Shown here: piece by piece, positions 40,130 to 52,518 of the stretch
How positions within the stretch are numbered: position 1 is the stretch's first letter
Layout: each line of letters begins with the position of its first letter
Translations under genes and position numbers: made by a program
From: Octopus sinensis
Taxonomy: Eukaryota
Length of the DNA: 64,000 bases
Reading direction: 5' to 3'
Assembly: GCF_006345805.1 (NCBI RefSeq)
Contig: NC_043017.1
Location: 620,001 to 684,000, forward strand
The notes under the pieces: generated by a model
Told to the model about the DNA's origin: nothing
Database searches by the model: none
The model's input: the letters and a program-made list of their open reading frames with translations, nothing else

Positions 40130-40222
40130 ATGCTGCTTCTTAACCACATGGTTCTGGGTTCAATCCCACTGCATGGCACTCTACACAAATGTTTCCTACT
40201 ATATTTGCCAGACGGAAACTAT
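40130..40222 (+). mobile_element. SINE family B head fragment
   Basis: TAACCACATGGTTCTGGGTTCAATCCCACTGCATGGCAC. Confidence 0.7.
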
Positions 40223-40223
40223 C

Positions 40224-40261
<38 letters not shown>

Positions 40262-41420
40262 GTAGAAGGTGCGTAAGATATTTCAGGATAGATTTATGTT
40301 TATAAAAAAACCCCATATATATAAACTGCTATGAGGATAAAGATAAACCTTCTTTTCTATAATGTTATTCAATAAGGCCACCTTCAGCTTCAACAACTGC
40401 TTCTATATGAGATGTAAATCATCTACATGCTCGAATTAAGTGGTTCATTTTGGACACTAATTTACTAAGGCAGCCTTCAAATGATCTTTGGTGTTATAGG
40501 CGTGTTCATTGACCTCTCTCTCAACAACACTCCACAAGTAATAGTCCAATGGATTGAGATCTGGGGTAATAAGGGGCCAAATGTTAGGAGTTATGTGATC
40601 ATGAAAAGTTTCAACCATCCATTCCTGTTACTGGAGCCATGTGGGATAGTGCAGAGTCTTACTGAAACACATATGGCCTAACATTGCATACACTGTTTAC
40701 CCGGGGCTTAATAATTATTTCCAGGACTTAAATGTAGGTAGCAGAGTTAACTTTAAGTCGTAGAAAGAAGTAAGGAGGCATCACATGTCCCTCATTGCTG
40801 ACAACCCATAAAACCATGACAGTTGCAGAAAATTTTGTATGCATAACACTTTGAACTTCAGAAAAGTCTGCACACAGCCATCTGTCATTTCTTCTGTTAA
40901 CGTTTTGATCTTGGTCGAAGTTTTTCTCGTTTGAGAGAAACCAAATCAAATCTTTTTCTGCTGGATTTTTCAGTTCGTTTAAAAACTTTCTTAGATCTGA
41001 TGTAGTGCTTTTCTTTTGATTTTTCTTTTGACAAATTGACCTTTCCTTATCATATAAGACTTTTATCAGATGTCTTCGTGGACAATATGTCTTCGTGGAC
41101 AATATGTCTTCGTGTTCCTTCCGACACATGGAAATATTTTGCAATTGACCTCTGGGACTTTCTGGATTGTAACCAATGATCTGTTAAACTTGCTGGATAA
41201 ATTCAAGTATTCTGAGGATTTCAGAACGTTTAGAATGCTTTTTTTGTTTTCAGTCTTCAGCTCCTTAAAAACTTTGTCGAAGAAAGATTTGGATATTTCT
41301 AAATCACTATGCTCAGCCTTTATAACCACAATAACCCTATTCAAAGCTGTGGTGGTGACTTCCGGCGTGCGGATGCAGTCAAAACGCCTGCTGGCCTCTT
41401 AGTATCCGTGGCAGCTATTT
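40262..41420 (-). mobile_element. Decayed Tc1/mariner (maT/DD37D-like) transposon
   Basis: VIKAEHSDLEI.., WFLSNEKNFDQDQ.VNRRNDRW..TKF..VMVL.VVSNEGHVMPPYFF, WP..PDLNPLDYY.WSVVERE, RIEAVVEAEGG.IE (stop 40365-40367). 17-bp internal tandem duplication at 41071-41114. Confidence 0.8.
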
Positions 41421-41781
41421 CTGTTACGTCTTATAGCCTTTACGATGTTTACAGAGCATTGAGCAGCAGACACAATGTGGGCATTTTGATACCCGCCACG
41501 AATCGGTCTGATAGAGGTAACTCTTTTCCATTTCTCAGATGGCATTCAGTCTTACATATCAACCACATTTCTCTCAACTACAACTTTAATATTTATGCTC
41601 TCCATCGCTATTCACTGTTCACCAATGAATCAAGTTATTTCTAAAGAAAGAAAACAAAACAAAAGCACTCAATTTAGCCCTAATATGCTCTGTGTGTGAG
41701 TGTGTGTGGATATACATATATACATATGTACACATACATATATGTACATACACACACAAAAATTCCCACGTAGATATATGC

Positions 41782-41857
<76 letters not shown>

Positions 41858-42369
41858 CACATACACACATATTGTATTATATTATATTATGTTATAATAT
41901 ATATATATAATTACAGAGATGTATATTTGAATACACACTCACACACATACGTACACACACGCATATACATATATCTACATATATATACTTACATACAAAA
42001 ACCTCAAAATAAGATGCAGTCTATTCAAAGCTATGAGATTTTAAGTGAGAGACAAATTCTTCACCTCGAAATAACTTTATAGACAACGGTTAGATTCTCA
42101 CCGATGAGATTTGATTTAAGAATCCTTCAAGTGTTAAATGAGAAGCAATAAACAAACTTTAAAAGGCATAACCAATGATGTGACGAAATAAATCACACAC
42201 AATAATAATAGTAACAACAACAACAACGACGATTTCTTTTATTTGCCACTTGGGTAACAGACATAAAAAGAGGGAGGTTTACCCAGTTTGAAATAACAGA
42301 AAAAGTTGTTATACATAATAAATGAAAAAAGAAAGAAATGTACATAGTATATATCAGTAAGAAAATGGT

Positions 42370-43600
42370 GATGGCTGTGTGATTCTCCTGGTACAAAGGA
42401 GCTCCGAAGGCGATCGAAGAACCCTGTACACGATCTTTTTGAGCAAAAAGACAAGTACCCTCTACAAGTCCTCTTCTCCGACTCACAGTTCTATTCTTTG
42501 AGCAGTGTCATTCACTCTTGCCATTTTTATCACTTTCTCCCACCTATCAGTAAATTCGTTCGGGGACAACAGCTCCCTCTTTACCTTCAATTTCCTTTTT
42601 AAGTAAAACATGAAAAACTCGATGAGGGATCTACATAAAAGGAAAGAGTCTGTCCTCATATCTTCCGGTCTCATCCACCAGACCACCTCTTTTTGCAATA
42701 GCAACCAGGCGAAAGAAAACTGCCGTGCCTCTACATTAAAGGAAGGCGGCGAAGTAACCAACTGGGATCTGTCCCACATGCGACCGAAGCTGTTAGACAT
42801 AAAATCACAAGTAAGCAATGCTCCAACACTGAGCAAGTTCATGTAAAACTGTTTCGTCATTCAGTGTGCACCTCGGACAAGCCCGTCCTATCAGCGCCTA
42901 TAGAGTTTATCTCAAACTGGTATCGCCCCTCGGTGGTACTGCCATGCCAAGGACTTTTGAAAGTTATCCAGAAAGTCCCCCGGAACAAACTTGCCAGTTC
43001 GTTTTCGTCGACGCTCACAGTCTGCCGTGAACGTCGTCATGAAATCCCGCCACTAGTCCTCTATATATTGCACCCACCAATCCCAGTGTCCGAATATTAA
43101 AGGGTTGTGAGCGCCTGACGACACTCTAGGTCTCTCGGTCTAGGTTCCCAGTCTCGGTTTTCCCCTCACCTCAGCACAGACGAGCTGCGGAAAGTCGTAC
43201 CTCGGGAACGTGATCTTGTTATCATATGATGCTTACACCGTGCAGACCAATCGGACATTTTAGGTACTACGGATTTGATTGCACGGCCCTTAGCACTGAC
43301 AACGTCTCCTTCGTGTTTTATCACGAAGTACCAGTCAATGGCTATTTTTTGACTCTAGCATATAAACCCTCATGCCTTTAATAATCGCATTACCTAGGTT
43401 GCTAACCAGTTCTCCCTTTAATCTATTTCTTTCTATTGCTAGTTTTTTGCCAAACACTATCGCACTCTTCACGGCGATCCACGACCGGTTGTTGACGATT
43501 CTACCCGTCAACTGGCGCTTAACTAGTTCACTAGTTCTATCCCTGTATTCTTAGCGTGGCAGTAAGGGCGCATTCAGTTTCCAGTGACCGGAAAACTGTA
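42370..43600 (-). mobile_element. L1/Tx1-like LINE remnant with internal deletion
   Basis: C-terminal KEVVWWMR..FFMFYLKRKLKVKRELLSPNEF..RW resembles Tx1-type ORF2 ends. Upstream NRSW.AVKS..FGKKLAIERNRL resembles the post-APE linker. Confidence 0.55.
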
Positions 43601-43612
43601 TACGGGCCTATA

Positions 43613-43643
<31 letters not shown>

Positions 43644-43815
43644 ATATTAGGGAATAAATCCAAATTTACAGGGAAAAAATCAGATTTAGGATTAAATCCA
43701 ATTTTATAGTAAAATATTATATAATATTAATTCGAGACAAAACCACTATTTTGCAAAACAAACAAGGAAAGACTTAATCAAAACATAAAAATTTTTAATA
43801 TAAAGAAATAAACCG

Positions 43816-43858
43816 CCACTACAATCGTTTCATGTCTTCAATGACATTCGTCAGGTGG
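43816..43858 (-). ncRNA. Minimal type I hammerhead ribozyme (minus copy)
   Basis: Exact reverse complement of 43902-43944. Confidence 0.8.
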
Positions 43859-43901
43859 ATTTTCGATCTCCTAATCTGTTTTAATTTATGACTTCATAAA
43901 T

Positions 43902-43944
43902 CCACCTGACGAATGTCATTGAAGACATGAAACGATTGTAGTGG
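43902..43944 (+). ncRNA. Minimal type I hammerhead ribozyme (plus copy)
   Basis: CCAC-CUGACGA-AUGUC-auugaa-GACAU-GAAA-C-gauu-GUA-GUGG. Intact core, 5-bp stem II, 4-bp stem I, self-complementary stem III region ACGAUUGU, predicted cleavage after 43940. Confidence 0.8.
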
Positions 43945-44041
43945 CGGTTTATTTCTTTATATTAAAGATTTTTATGTTTTGATTAAGTCTTTCCTTGTTT
44001 GTTTTGCAAAATAGTGGTTTTGTCTCGAATTAATATTATAT

Positions 44042-44084
<43 letters not shown>

Positions 44085-44373
44085 TGAGCAGATCACAAAT
44101 TTGTGGTTTATGTAGCCGACCATTTTGAACTGCGAACATGTTACGCTATCCCTATACACTAACCGAACAAATACGCTATTTAGATACGAAATGGGCGACT
44201 CGAAGTTGTTGCTCCATCTCTACCGTGGCAAATCAAGAAAATCTGGTCGGAACTTCTCAGACAGCTGCAAGTTTCTGAGCAGGTTTTCGAGGTTTTTGAA
44301 GCTCCGTGCATTCAAAATATAGTTCCGGCCTCCGACTAGTTGTAAATTTACTAATAATTTACTAATAATAGTA

Positions 44374-45503
44374 AATTGAACTTACGTACAAAATCACCAC
44401 AATCGGACTGGACAAATACCTTGAAACAACCAACGATTGGATGCTAAAACTTGTTGAAAAACAAGAACGACCGAAAAATTCTTCACTCTATTCTGAAAGA
44501 GAGCAACAAATTCGCTACTGATCTCTTAGATACCTACCAGATTGATCAGGTTGAAGGAAATGCGCCAACTGCTTCTGCAAAGAAAATAAAATTAATTGCA
44601 AAGACAAAAGCACATGAAAAATTAGCTAGCAGATGGGAACCGAAATCTCTGCATGGCAAGTATGTGGCCCGTAGTAAACAAGCTGATGTCGACCAGAAAC
44701 ACACGCATCAACAGTTACGAAGCTCAGGGCTAAAAGCAGAGAGTGAAGGTTTCATATTTGTTGCTCAAGACCAAAACCTATAAACCCGGAACTACCAACC
44801 CAATGTGTTAAAAAATGGGACCACCTAATCTCAGGTTGCAGAGTCTTAGCACCTGCAGAAAGAGTCGGCCAATATTTACACTGGACAATATGTCGGTATT
44901 ATAAAATCAAAACCGCTGACAAATGGTATAAACACCATCCTGAAGCTGTGACTGTGGGAGAAAATGTGTCGGTTCTCTTGGACTTCCCCGTACAGACCGA
45001 CAAGACTATAAAAGCTAATAAACTGGATATTATTGTAAAAGATCAGACAAAAAAAAAGGTGTGTTTATTAATTGACATGAGTATTCCCTGTGATCACAAT
45101 ATAGCAGGCGAAAGAATTTGACAAGATTATTAAATATAAAGACTTGCTAATAGAAATTGGAAAAAATGTGGCATCTCAAGGCAACTACAGTACTAGTGAT
45201 TGTAGGATCCCTAGGAATGATAAAAAAAGGTACTGAAACCTATTTGAAAATGATACCAGGCTTACCATCCCTACAGGAAGTGCAAAAAATCGTATTAACT
45301 GGAACGGCTCATGTACTGAGAAGAGCATTATCGCTGTGAAAACAACATCCATTCATGAATTTATTTATTTATTAATTTTTTAAAATACATGTTTTACCTG
45401 TGTGAATTTGCGCGTGTAATCTGGGAATGCATACAATGAGCTTCTCTGCCCTAGGTGTACGAAAAACGCTCAGCGAGAAACGGAAGAAAATTTGAAGAAG
45501 GAA
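44374..45503 (+). mobile_element. R4/Dong-clade LINE, 5'-truncated, decayed copy
   Basis: Collinear with 46515-47710 (LHGKY, LRSSGLKAESEGFI.VAQDQ, RLE, EVQKIVLTGTAHVLRRALS), with a deletion across the zinc knuckle. Confidence 0.88.
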
Positions 45504-45628
45504 AATAATAATAATGATGATAATAATAATAATAATAATAATAATGATGATGATGATATATAATAATAATAATAATAATAATAAATAATAATAATAATAT
45601 AATAATAATAATAATAATGATGATGATG

Positions 45629-45680
<52 letters not shown>
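45504..45680. repeat. (AAT)n array between two tandem LINE copies
   Basis: Direct reading. Confidence 0.95.
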
Positions 45681-45683
<3 letters not shown>

Positions 45684-47710
45684 TAAAAAAGGCCTTCGAC
45701 AGTATACCGCATCCATGGATCTTGAGATCGCTGGACATCTTCAAAATTTCCCCTGTGATTTCAAACTTCCTGAAGCACAATATGTCGTTGTGGAATACGA
45801 ATCTCCAATTATACCACTCTAATGGAGTACTTGCCTCAGAAAATATAAACATCAACTGTGGAATTTTTCAAGGTGACTCACTTTCACCTTTAATATTCTG
45901 CATAGCCCTAATACCCCTTACAAGTGAATTAAACAGAACAGGGTATGGGTATAAAATTGCCAATAAAAAATAAGCCATCTATTTTATATGGATGACTTAA
46001 AACTTTATGGTAAAGACAATAATGAACTTGAAGGCCTATTGCGCACCGTGAAAGCATTCAGCGATGACATCGGGATGGAGTTTGGACTTGAGAAGTGTGC
46101 CAAGGCCACTTTCCAGAAAGGGAAAGTGAAGACCACAAATTCAGTCGTGTTAGATGTTGACACAGTCATAAGAGAGCTTGAGCAAGAACAAACATACAAA
46201 TATTTAGGGATAAATGAAGACTCTGGTATTCAGCATGCAAGCATGAAAGAGAAGATCAGGAAGGAATGTTATAGGAGAGTTCGTGCAGTCCTGAAATCTG
46301 AACTAAATGCACGTAACAAGGTGTTAGCTATAAATTCCTTAGCAGTTCCAGTTGTTACTTATAGCTACAATGTGTTGAACTGGAATATGAGTGAAGTAAA
46401 GAATATAGATAGAAAAATACGCAAGCTGCTGAGTTGTAATAGGATGCACCACCCAAAGGCAGACTTAGATCGCCTTTACCTTCCCAGAGCCCAAGGAGGT
46501 CGAGGCCTGATCCAATTTGAACTAGCTTACAAAACAACCACAATTGGACTGGCCAAATATCTCGAAATATCGAATGACTGGATGCTAAAGCTCGTGGAAA
46601 ATCACGAGAGACGAAAGAAGCTTCATTCTATCATCAAGGAAAGCAAAAAATTTGCTATTGATCTCGTGCAGGATACCCAAACTGAACAACTCGAGGGAAG
46701 TACGGCAACTATTGTTGCAAAGAAGGTGAAAATGATGGCAATGAAAAAAGCGCACGAGCAATGGCTGATAGGTGGGAGGAGAAACCTCTGCACGGCAAAT
46801 ATGTGACCCGCAGCAAACAAGCTGATGTTGACCAGAAGCAAACCCATCAGTGGCTGCGGAGCTCAGGGCTAAAAGCAGAGAGCGAAGGTTTCATCCTGGC
46901 TGCTCAAGACCAAAGCCTATTAACCCGGAACTACCAAGCCAATGTGATGAAAAATGGAGCAGACCCAAAATGCCGATTCTGCAACGACATGATTGAAACA
47001 GTGAACCACCTAATCTCTGGATGTAAAGTCTTAGCACCAGTGGAGTATAAATTAAGACATGACAGAGTTGGCCAATATCTCCACTGGCTAATAAGTCGGC
47101 ATTACAATATCAAAACTGCCGACAAGTGGTATAATCACCACCCTGAGGCTGTAACTGAAGGAGAAAATGTAACCATTCTGTGGGACTTTCCAGTACATAC
47201 AGACCGAACCATCAAGGCCAATAAACCAGATATTGTTGTGAAAGACCAAAACAATAAAGTTTGCTTATTGATCGACATGAGCATCCCCTGCGATCATAAT
47301 ATCTCAGCGAAAGAGTTTGACAAGCTCAGAAAATATAAAGACCTACTCATTGAAATTGAGAAAATGTGGCATCTCGAGGCGGTTACAATACCAGTGATCG
47401 TAGGAGCACTAGGAATGATCAAGAAGGGAACCGAAAATTATATGAGAATGATCCCTGGCTTACCATCCCTGCAAGAAGTGCAAAAGATTGTCTTAACTGG
47501 TACATCACACGTATTGAGAAGAGCATTGTCGATGTGAGAACTGTTGCTGCTCATGTATTTTAATTTAACTTTAAAAAAAAAAAAAAAAAAGAACGAACTA
47601 CTGAGTTTGGTTTAATGGCCTACCAATATACACTATGAGTTTCTTTGCCCTAGGAGTCGGGAAGACACTCGGCAAGAAATGGAAGAAAATTTGAAAGAAG
47701 AAAAAAAAAA
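45681..47710 (+). mobile_element. R4/Dong-clade LINE, 5'-truncated, young (RT + CCHC + RLE)
   Basis: KAFDSIPH, GIFQGDSLSP, YMDD (45985-45996), CRFC..ETVNHLISGC..RHD, RLE KPDIV..LIDMSIP..KYKDL, stop 47535-47537. Only two 1-nt frameshifts seen (about 45970 and 46760). (AAT)n tail 47712-47732. Confidence 0.93.
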
Positions 47711-48640
47711 GTAATAATAATAATAATAATAACAGTGAAATTGAAATTGACATGAGGGACTAGTGGAGATGTTGAGATATCAGTACTTAGGTGTTAAGTT
47801 TCGTGGAAAGAGACCCTGTGAAACCTTTGACAACAAGTTGCTGTCCACTCTCACAGGATTAACCGGAGCAAGTAAATTCGAGAGCTCTGAGAAATAAAAT
47901 ATAGCAATAATAATAACAAGAATAATAAAAATCACTAACAGCTGTCCATTATTTCTTGTTGTTTACAAATCAATCGACGTTTGATGCTTGTTTTTGTTTT
48001 GTTGGGGTTTCATCATTCGATATGACTTGCCATTCATATTTCGTTTAACTGAATTAGAAGGAAGATTATTTATTTTGTTTAAATTTGTGGTTTGTAATTC
48101 TTTAGTTGAAGACTTTTACAACATCAGACGTGAGATATATTTAGGCTTGTAGCTTTTCTCCTTCGTTTAGAAGTTGAAATCTTGAGATTACTGAAATCTC
48201 AATTGCTATTTGAATATTAGAAAAGTAAATACTTCGTCGAGATTTTCAAACCGAAGAAATAAACGAGAGTTTTATTTTTCATTTTGTTATATCTTCTTTA
48301 TCGTTTTTCATTAAGTTTGAATTAATTCATAATGATTTTAATTCCAAAGTTTAAAGCGAAATAGTATTGGAGAGACTGTAAAAATAGTAAACGCACACAG
48401 CATCTTAATGCCAAGAAAACTTTAAGACAGCAGGGAAGGAGAAACACTCACGATTATCGAGACTATTGTGAAAATTAAACTTTAAAAGCAATCCTTATAA
48501 ATCTCTAGAATGCATTTCGTAGAATTCAATTAAGTTTTTATCAGTAAAAATCGAAAAAAATTATCATTAATGAAGCGGAACATCGCTACTCTGTATAGAG
48601 CAGAGTGGTAGTAATGCTGTGAATATCTATCTATCTAACA

Positions 48641-48706
48641 TTCAGACGGACTAAACGCCGCTAAGCATTTTGTCCGGCGAGCTAACGATTCTGCCCGCCC
48701 GCCGCC
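48641..48706 (-). mobile_element. SINE family A head fragment
   Basis: CCGCTAAGCATTTTGTCCGGCGAGCTAACGATTCTGCC..CGCC. Confidence 0.75.
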
Positions 48707-49025
48707 TTAATAATGAAAACTGTAGCAATTCTTTATTTCCTAAAACGACGGACAAGTCACAACAGGATCAGCCAAACTCAAGATCTTTAGCAAGACACTA
48801 TGTATAGATGTATCTGACGCGACCCAGACTGCGAAATGGATGCAACACAACGTAATGCACGAAGTCCCACCTGTATGGGACAGTAACAGTTATCGGCAGT
48901 TATATCTACCATTAGATAACTGGTATGATAATAACAATTCGTTTCATAGTTATAATGCTTAATAGAATATATCTATAACTTCTTTTAGCCAACACTATGA
49001 CTAATGCAAGCAATACGTCTTATAG

Positions 49026-49100
49026 CATAGGTTCTCAAAGTGGGCGCTACCCCCCCCCCCCGTGGGCGTTGAGACGGTCCAGGTGGCGCTGGGAAGGTGG
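49026..49100 (+). mobile_element. hAT-type MITE left end
   Basis: CATAGGTTCTCAAAGTGGG resembles the CAGTGGTTCTCAA terminus; no right end found. Confidence 0.4.
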
Positions 49101-49708
49101 GGGTGGTAGAGAAAAAGGAGGTGCTGGGAGGAAGGCAGTAGATAAAGAGACAGTAGATATGCCCCTCACACGGGATCCCGAATGGCCTCCGCAGATAGCT
49201 GTGGAGGTCATAAGGTTTCCCTTGTGGGAAAGGCTTAAAGGATTTGTGGAGGAGTGTCGCGTATGGCCAGGTGGCCCTTACACGACGTACATGTCCTACA
49301 TGAGTGAGGCATGGGAAATGGCAGGATACAGGAACTCAAGTGGCATTGAAGATAATGATGAATATATCGATGGATATATCGATGAGTAGGAGGTGAAAGA
49401 CCCTCGTTATAGGGTTTGAAACCTCATCTTATTGTATTATTTGTAGTGGTTTATAACCTCAATTGTGTGTTTAAAAAAAAAAAAGTTAAGTAAGAGGTTT
49501 TAGTGCCTCCTTCTTGTAAGAGGTTTGAAACCTCATATTGATTTTTAAAAAAAGAAAGTATGTTTTCGAGAAAAATCCAATCGGCGGGTGTTGGGTTTCG
49601 TCTCTCATTTATTCATTCTATTTCAATTTCATTCGTTAATGTGTTTGTCCATCCCGCAAAGCTACACACTCTTTCTACTGTCTATGAAGACAAATTTTAT
49701 GAAATAAA

Positions 49709-50008
49709 GTAGCTTGCTTACCAACCACATGGTTCTGGGTTCAGTCCCACTGCGTGGTACCTTGGGCAAGTGTCTCGGGCCGACCAAAGCCTTGTGAGTG
49801 GATTTGGTAGACGGAAACTGAAAGAAGCCCGTCGAATATATGCATATGTATTTGTGTGTATATATGTTTATGTGTCTGTGTTTGCCCAACCCCCTATATC
49901 GCTTGACAACCGATGCTGGTGTGTTTACGTCCCCGTAACTTAGCGGTTCGGCAAAAGAGACCAATAGAATTACTACTAGGCTTACAAGGAATAAGTCCTG
50001 GGGTCGAC
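49709..50008 (+). mobile_element. SINE family B
   Basis: Head + ACCTTGGGCAAGTG + GACGGAAACTGAAAGAAGCCCGTCG + internal TA/TG + GGTGTGTTTACGTCCCCGTAAC. Confidence 0.88.
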
Positions 50009-50151
50009 GTACGGATAGCTATTCGCAATTTTAGTGTACAGGAATATTTTCTAGATGCCTTGTTTACGCTCATATAAACGCCGGGCTTTGGCCAATAAAT
50101 ACATAGATATGTTCTATTCTTGAACACTGTCTACCAGTGTGTGTGTGTGTT

Positions 50152-50182
<31 letters not shown>

Positions 50183-50285
50183 TTGTGTGAGTGCGTGTGT
50201 CTGCTATTAATACCGAGCGAATGAGAAAGGAGTTCTCAATATATATATTGTAGATCATATAGTTTCAATAAAAATAGTATATATA

Positions 50286-50650
50286 TTGCTTACGAACCAC
50301 ATGGTTCCGGGTTCAGCCCTACTGCGTGACATCTGGGGCGAGTGTCTTCTACTGTAGCCTCGGGCCGACCAAAGCCTTCTGAGTGGATTTGGTAGACGGA
50401 AACTGGAAGAAGCCCGTCGTATATATGTATGTATATATATATATGTATGAATGTACGGTGTGTGTGTATATGTTTGTGTGTGCCCCTCAACATCGCTTGA
50501 AACCGATACTGGTGTGTTTACGTCCCCGTAACATAGTGGTTCGGCGAAAAGAGACGGATAGAAGAGTAAGACCCAGGGTCGATTTGATCGATTAAAAGGC
50601 GGTGCTCCAGTATGGCCACAGTCAAATGACTGAAGCAAGCAAAAAAAGAT
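50286..50650 (+). mobile_element. SINE family B
   Basis: Same architecture, with a complete 3' tail (GGCGGTGCTCCAG..GACTGAAGCAAG). Confidence 0.88.
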
Positions 50651-50690
50651 ATATTATTTATACACAGACGCAGACTCACACACACGCACA

Positions 50691-50727
<37 letters not shown>

Positions 50728-51031
50728 CACACACACACACACACACACACATGATACACACGCACAAACACACAAACACATGCACACACACACACACACA
50801 TACACATGGACGCATTCACATATACACAGATACGTATAGACACACGAAATAACACTTGTGTTGTAAGTAAGAAAAGCGTACGCAATACATTCTTAATGCA
50901 TCAGAATTTTACTTTAAGCTCTAAAACCTGAAAAAAGCAGATAACCTTTTAATTGAATTATCTAAATTCCTGTTTTTGCCCTTTAAGTTATTCCCCTTAG
51001 CTTTGTGTGTGTATATACGTATATATGTGTG

Positions 51032-51070
<39 letters not shown>

Positions 51071-51554
51071 TTTGTGCGCTCTTTGTGTGTTTTTGCGTTC
51101 TTGTCCCATTTTGTAATTTATTTTTAATTTCTATACATATATATATACATATATATACATATATGTATGTGTATGCATACATATATATACATATATATGG
51201 CGGTGCCCCAGCATGGCCACAGCTCGTGAGCTGAAACTAGATAAAATAAAAATAGATAAAATAAATAATATATATGTCTATGTGTATGTGTGTTTGTGCG
51301 TGTTTGTGCTTGTTTGTGCGTGTTTATGTATATATGTGTGTGTGGATAGACGACTCTCAGAGTATTTCCTGCTCTCAGTAGGAACTGTCTCTGCCAGAGG
51401 ATGGCTTTCAGCTACAAAACTTTGTGTGAAGAGTTGAGAAGTGTCTCGTGGTAATAAGCACAATAAATTCACGGAACCGGAGGCTCTCTGTCTCGTTCAA
51501 TTGGCTCTTGGATCTGTTTTGTTTGTAGAAACACTTGAAAACACAACGCTATTA

Positions 51555-51630
<76 letters not shown>

Positions 51631-51669
51631 ATGTCTGTCTGTCTATTTGTCTGTCTGTCTGTCTGTCTA

Positions 51670-51708
<39 letters not shown>

Positions 51709-51780
51709 GTCTGTCTGTCTGTCTGCTGTCTTACGCAGCAAGCTAATCTACCTATTTGCATGTCATTCTACACGGCGCAT

Positions 51781-52075
51781 GCGTGGCTTCCCAATCACAT
51801 GTTTCCGAGTTCAGTCTCACTACATGACACTTTGGGCAAGTGTGTTCTACTGGGTTTGGTAGATGGAAACTCGTCATAAATATATTTATGCCAGTGTGTC
51901 TATTTCTTGACAACCGGTGTTAGTGTGTTTACGTCCCCTTAACATAGCGTTTCGCGCAAAGAGTCCGAGAGAATAAGAACCTAGCTAAAAGAATTAGTAA
52001 TGGGATATATTTGTTCGACTAAAACCTTTCGAGGCGCTGACCCGGCATGGCCGCAGTCTAATGACTGCAACATCT
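51781..52075 (+). mobile_element. SINE family B, decayed
   Basis: CCAATCACATG..TTGGGCAAGTG..GTGTTTACGTCCCC..CATGGCCGCAGTCTAATGACTG. Confidence 0.8.
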
Positions 52076-52518
52076 TAAAAGTAGAGATGCATCCATGCTT
52101 ACCCAGACACCACTCAAACACACACGTTCTTGTGCGTTCATATGCGAAATAGCAACAACATGAACTACAACGCTTGTAACCCTAGCAACGAAATGAATTG
52201 GAATCCTAACAACAATATCAAGTACTGCAGTGGTGTCAGGAACGAAAACTATTTGCCAGCCAAACTCTTTTTTTCTTTTTTTGCCATATTTTCTCCCTTT
52301 CCAAAAGAGGTCGCTACTAGTTACTTTTGAAGTCTTTTTTGAAACAGTTAGATGTTAGCTTTCCTGGAAAGAAACGACGCGGTTTTAATTAAGAAGCGTG
52401 GAAATTAATGAATGCAAAATTTCATAGTTTAATCACCACTCCTTCATGGTCAGCGTATCAGCTTTTTAGCCCAGCCTTGTAGAACCGAACACTTGCAACA
52501 ATATTAGAAATAACGATT

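Larger units (their letters stand above)
43631..44040 (-). mobile_element. PLE-derived fold-back element (89-bp tail + 143-bp inverted arms) in (TA)n
   Basis: Arms 43720-43862 and 43898-44040 are reverse complements with one mismatch, around a 35-bp spacer. The tail is homologous to 61413-61501. TA tracts lie on both sides. Confidence 0.8.

Noticed and set aside
48997-49389. 130-aa ORF
   Set aside because: It spans a MITE end and a poly-C/G tract; no recognisable domain or splice context.
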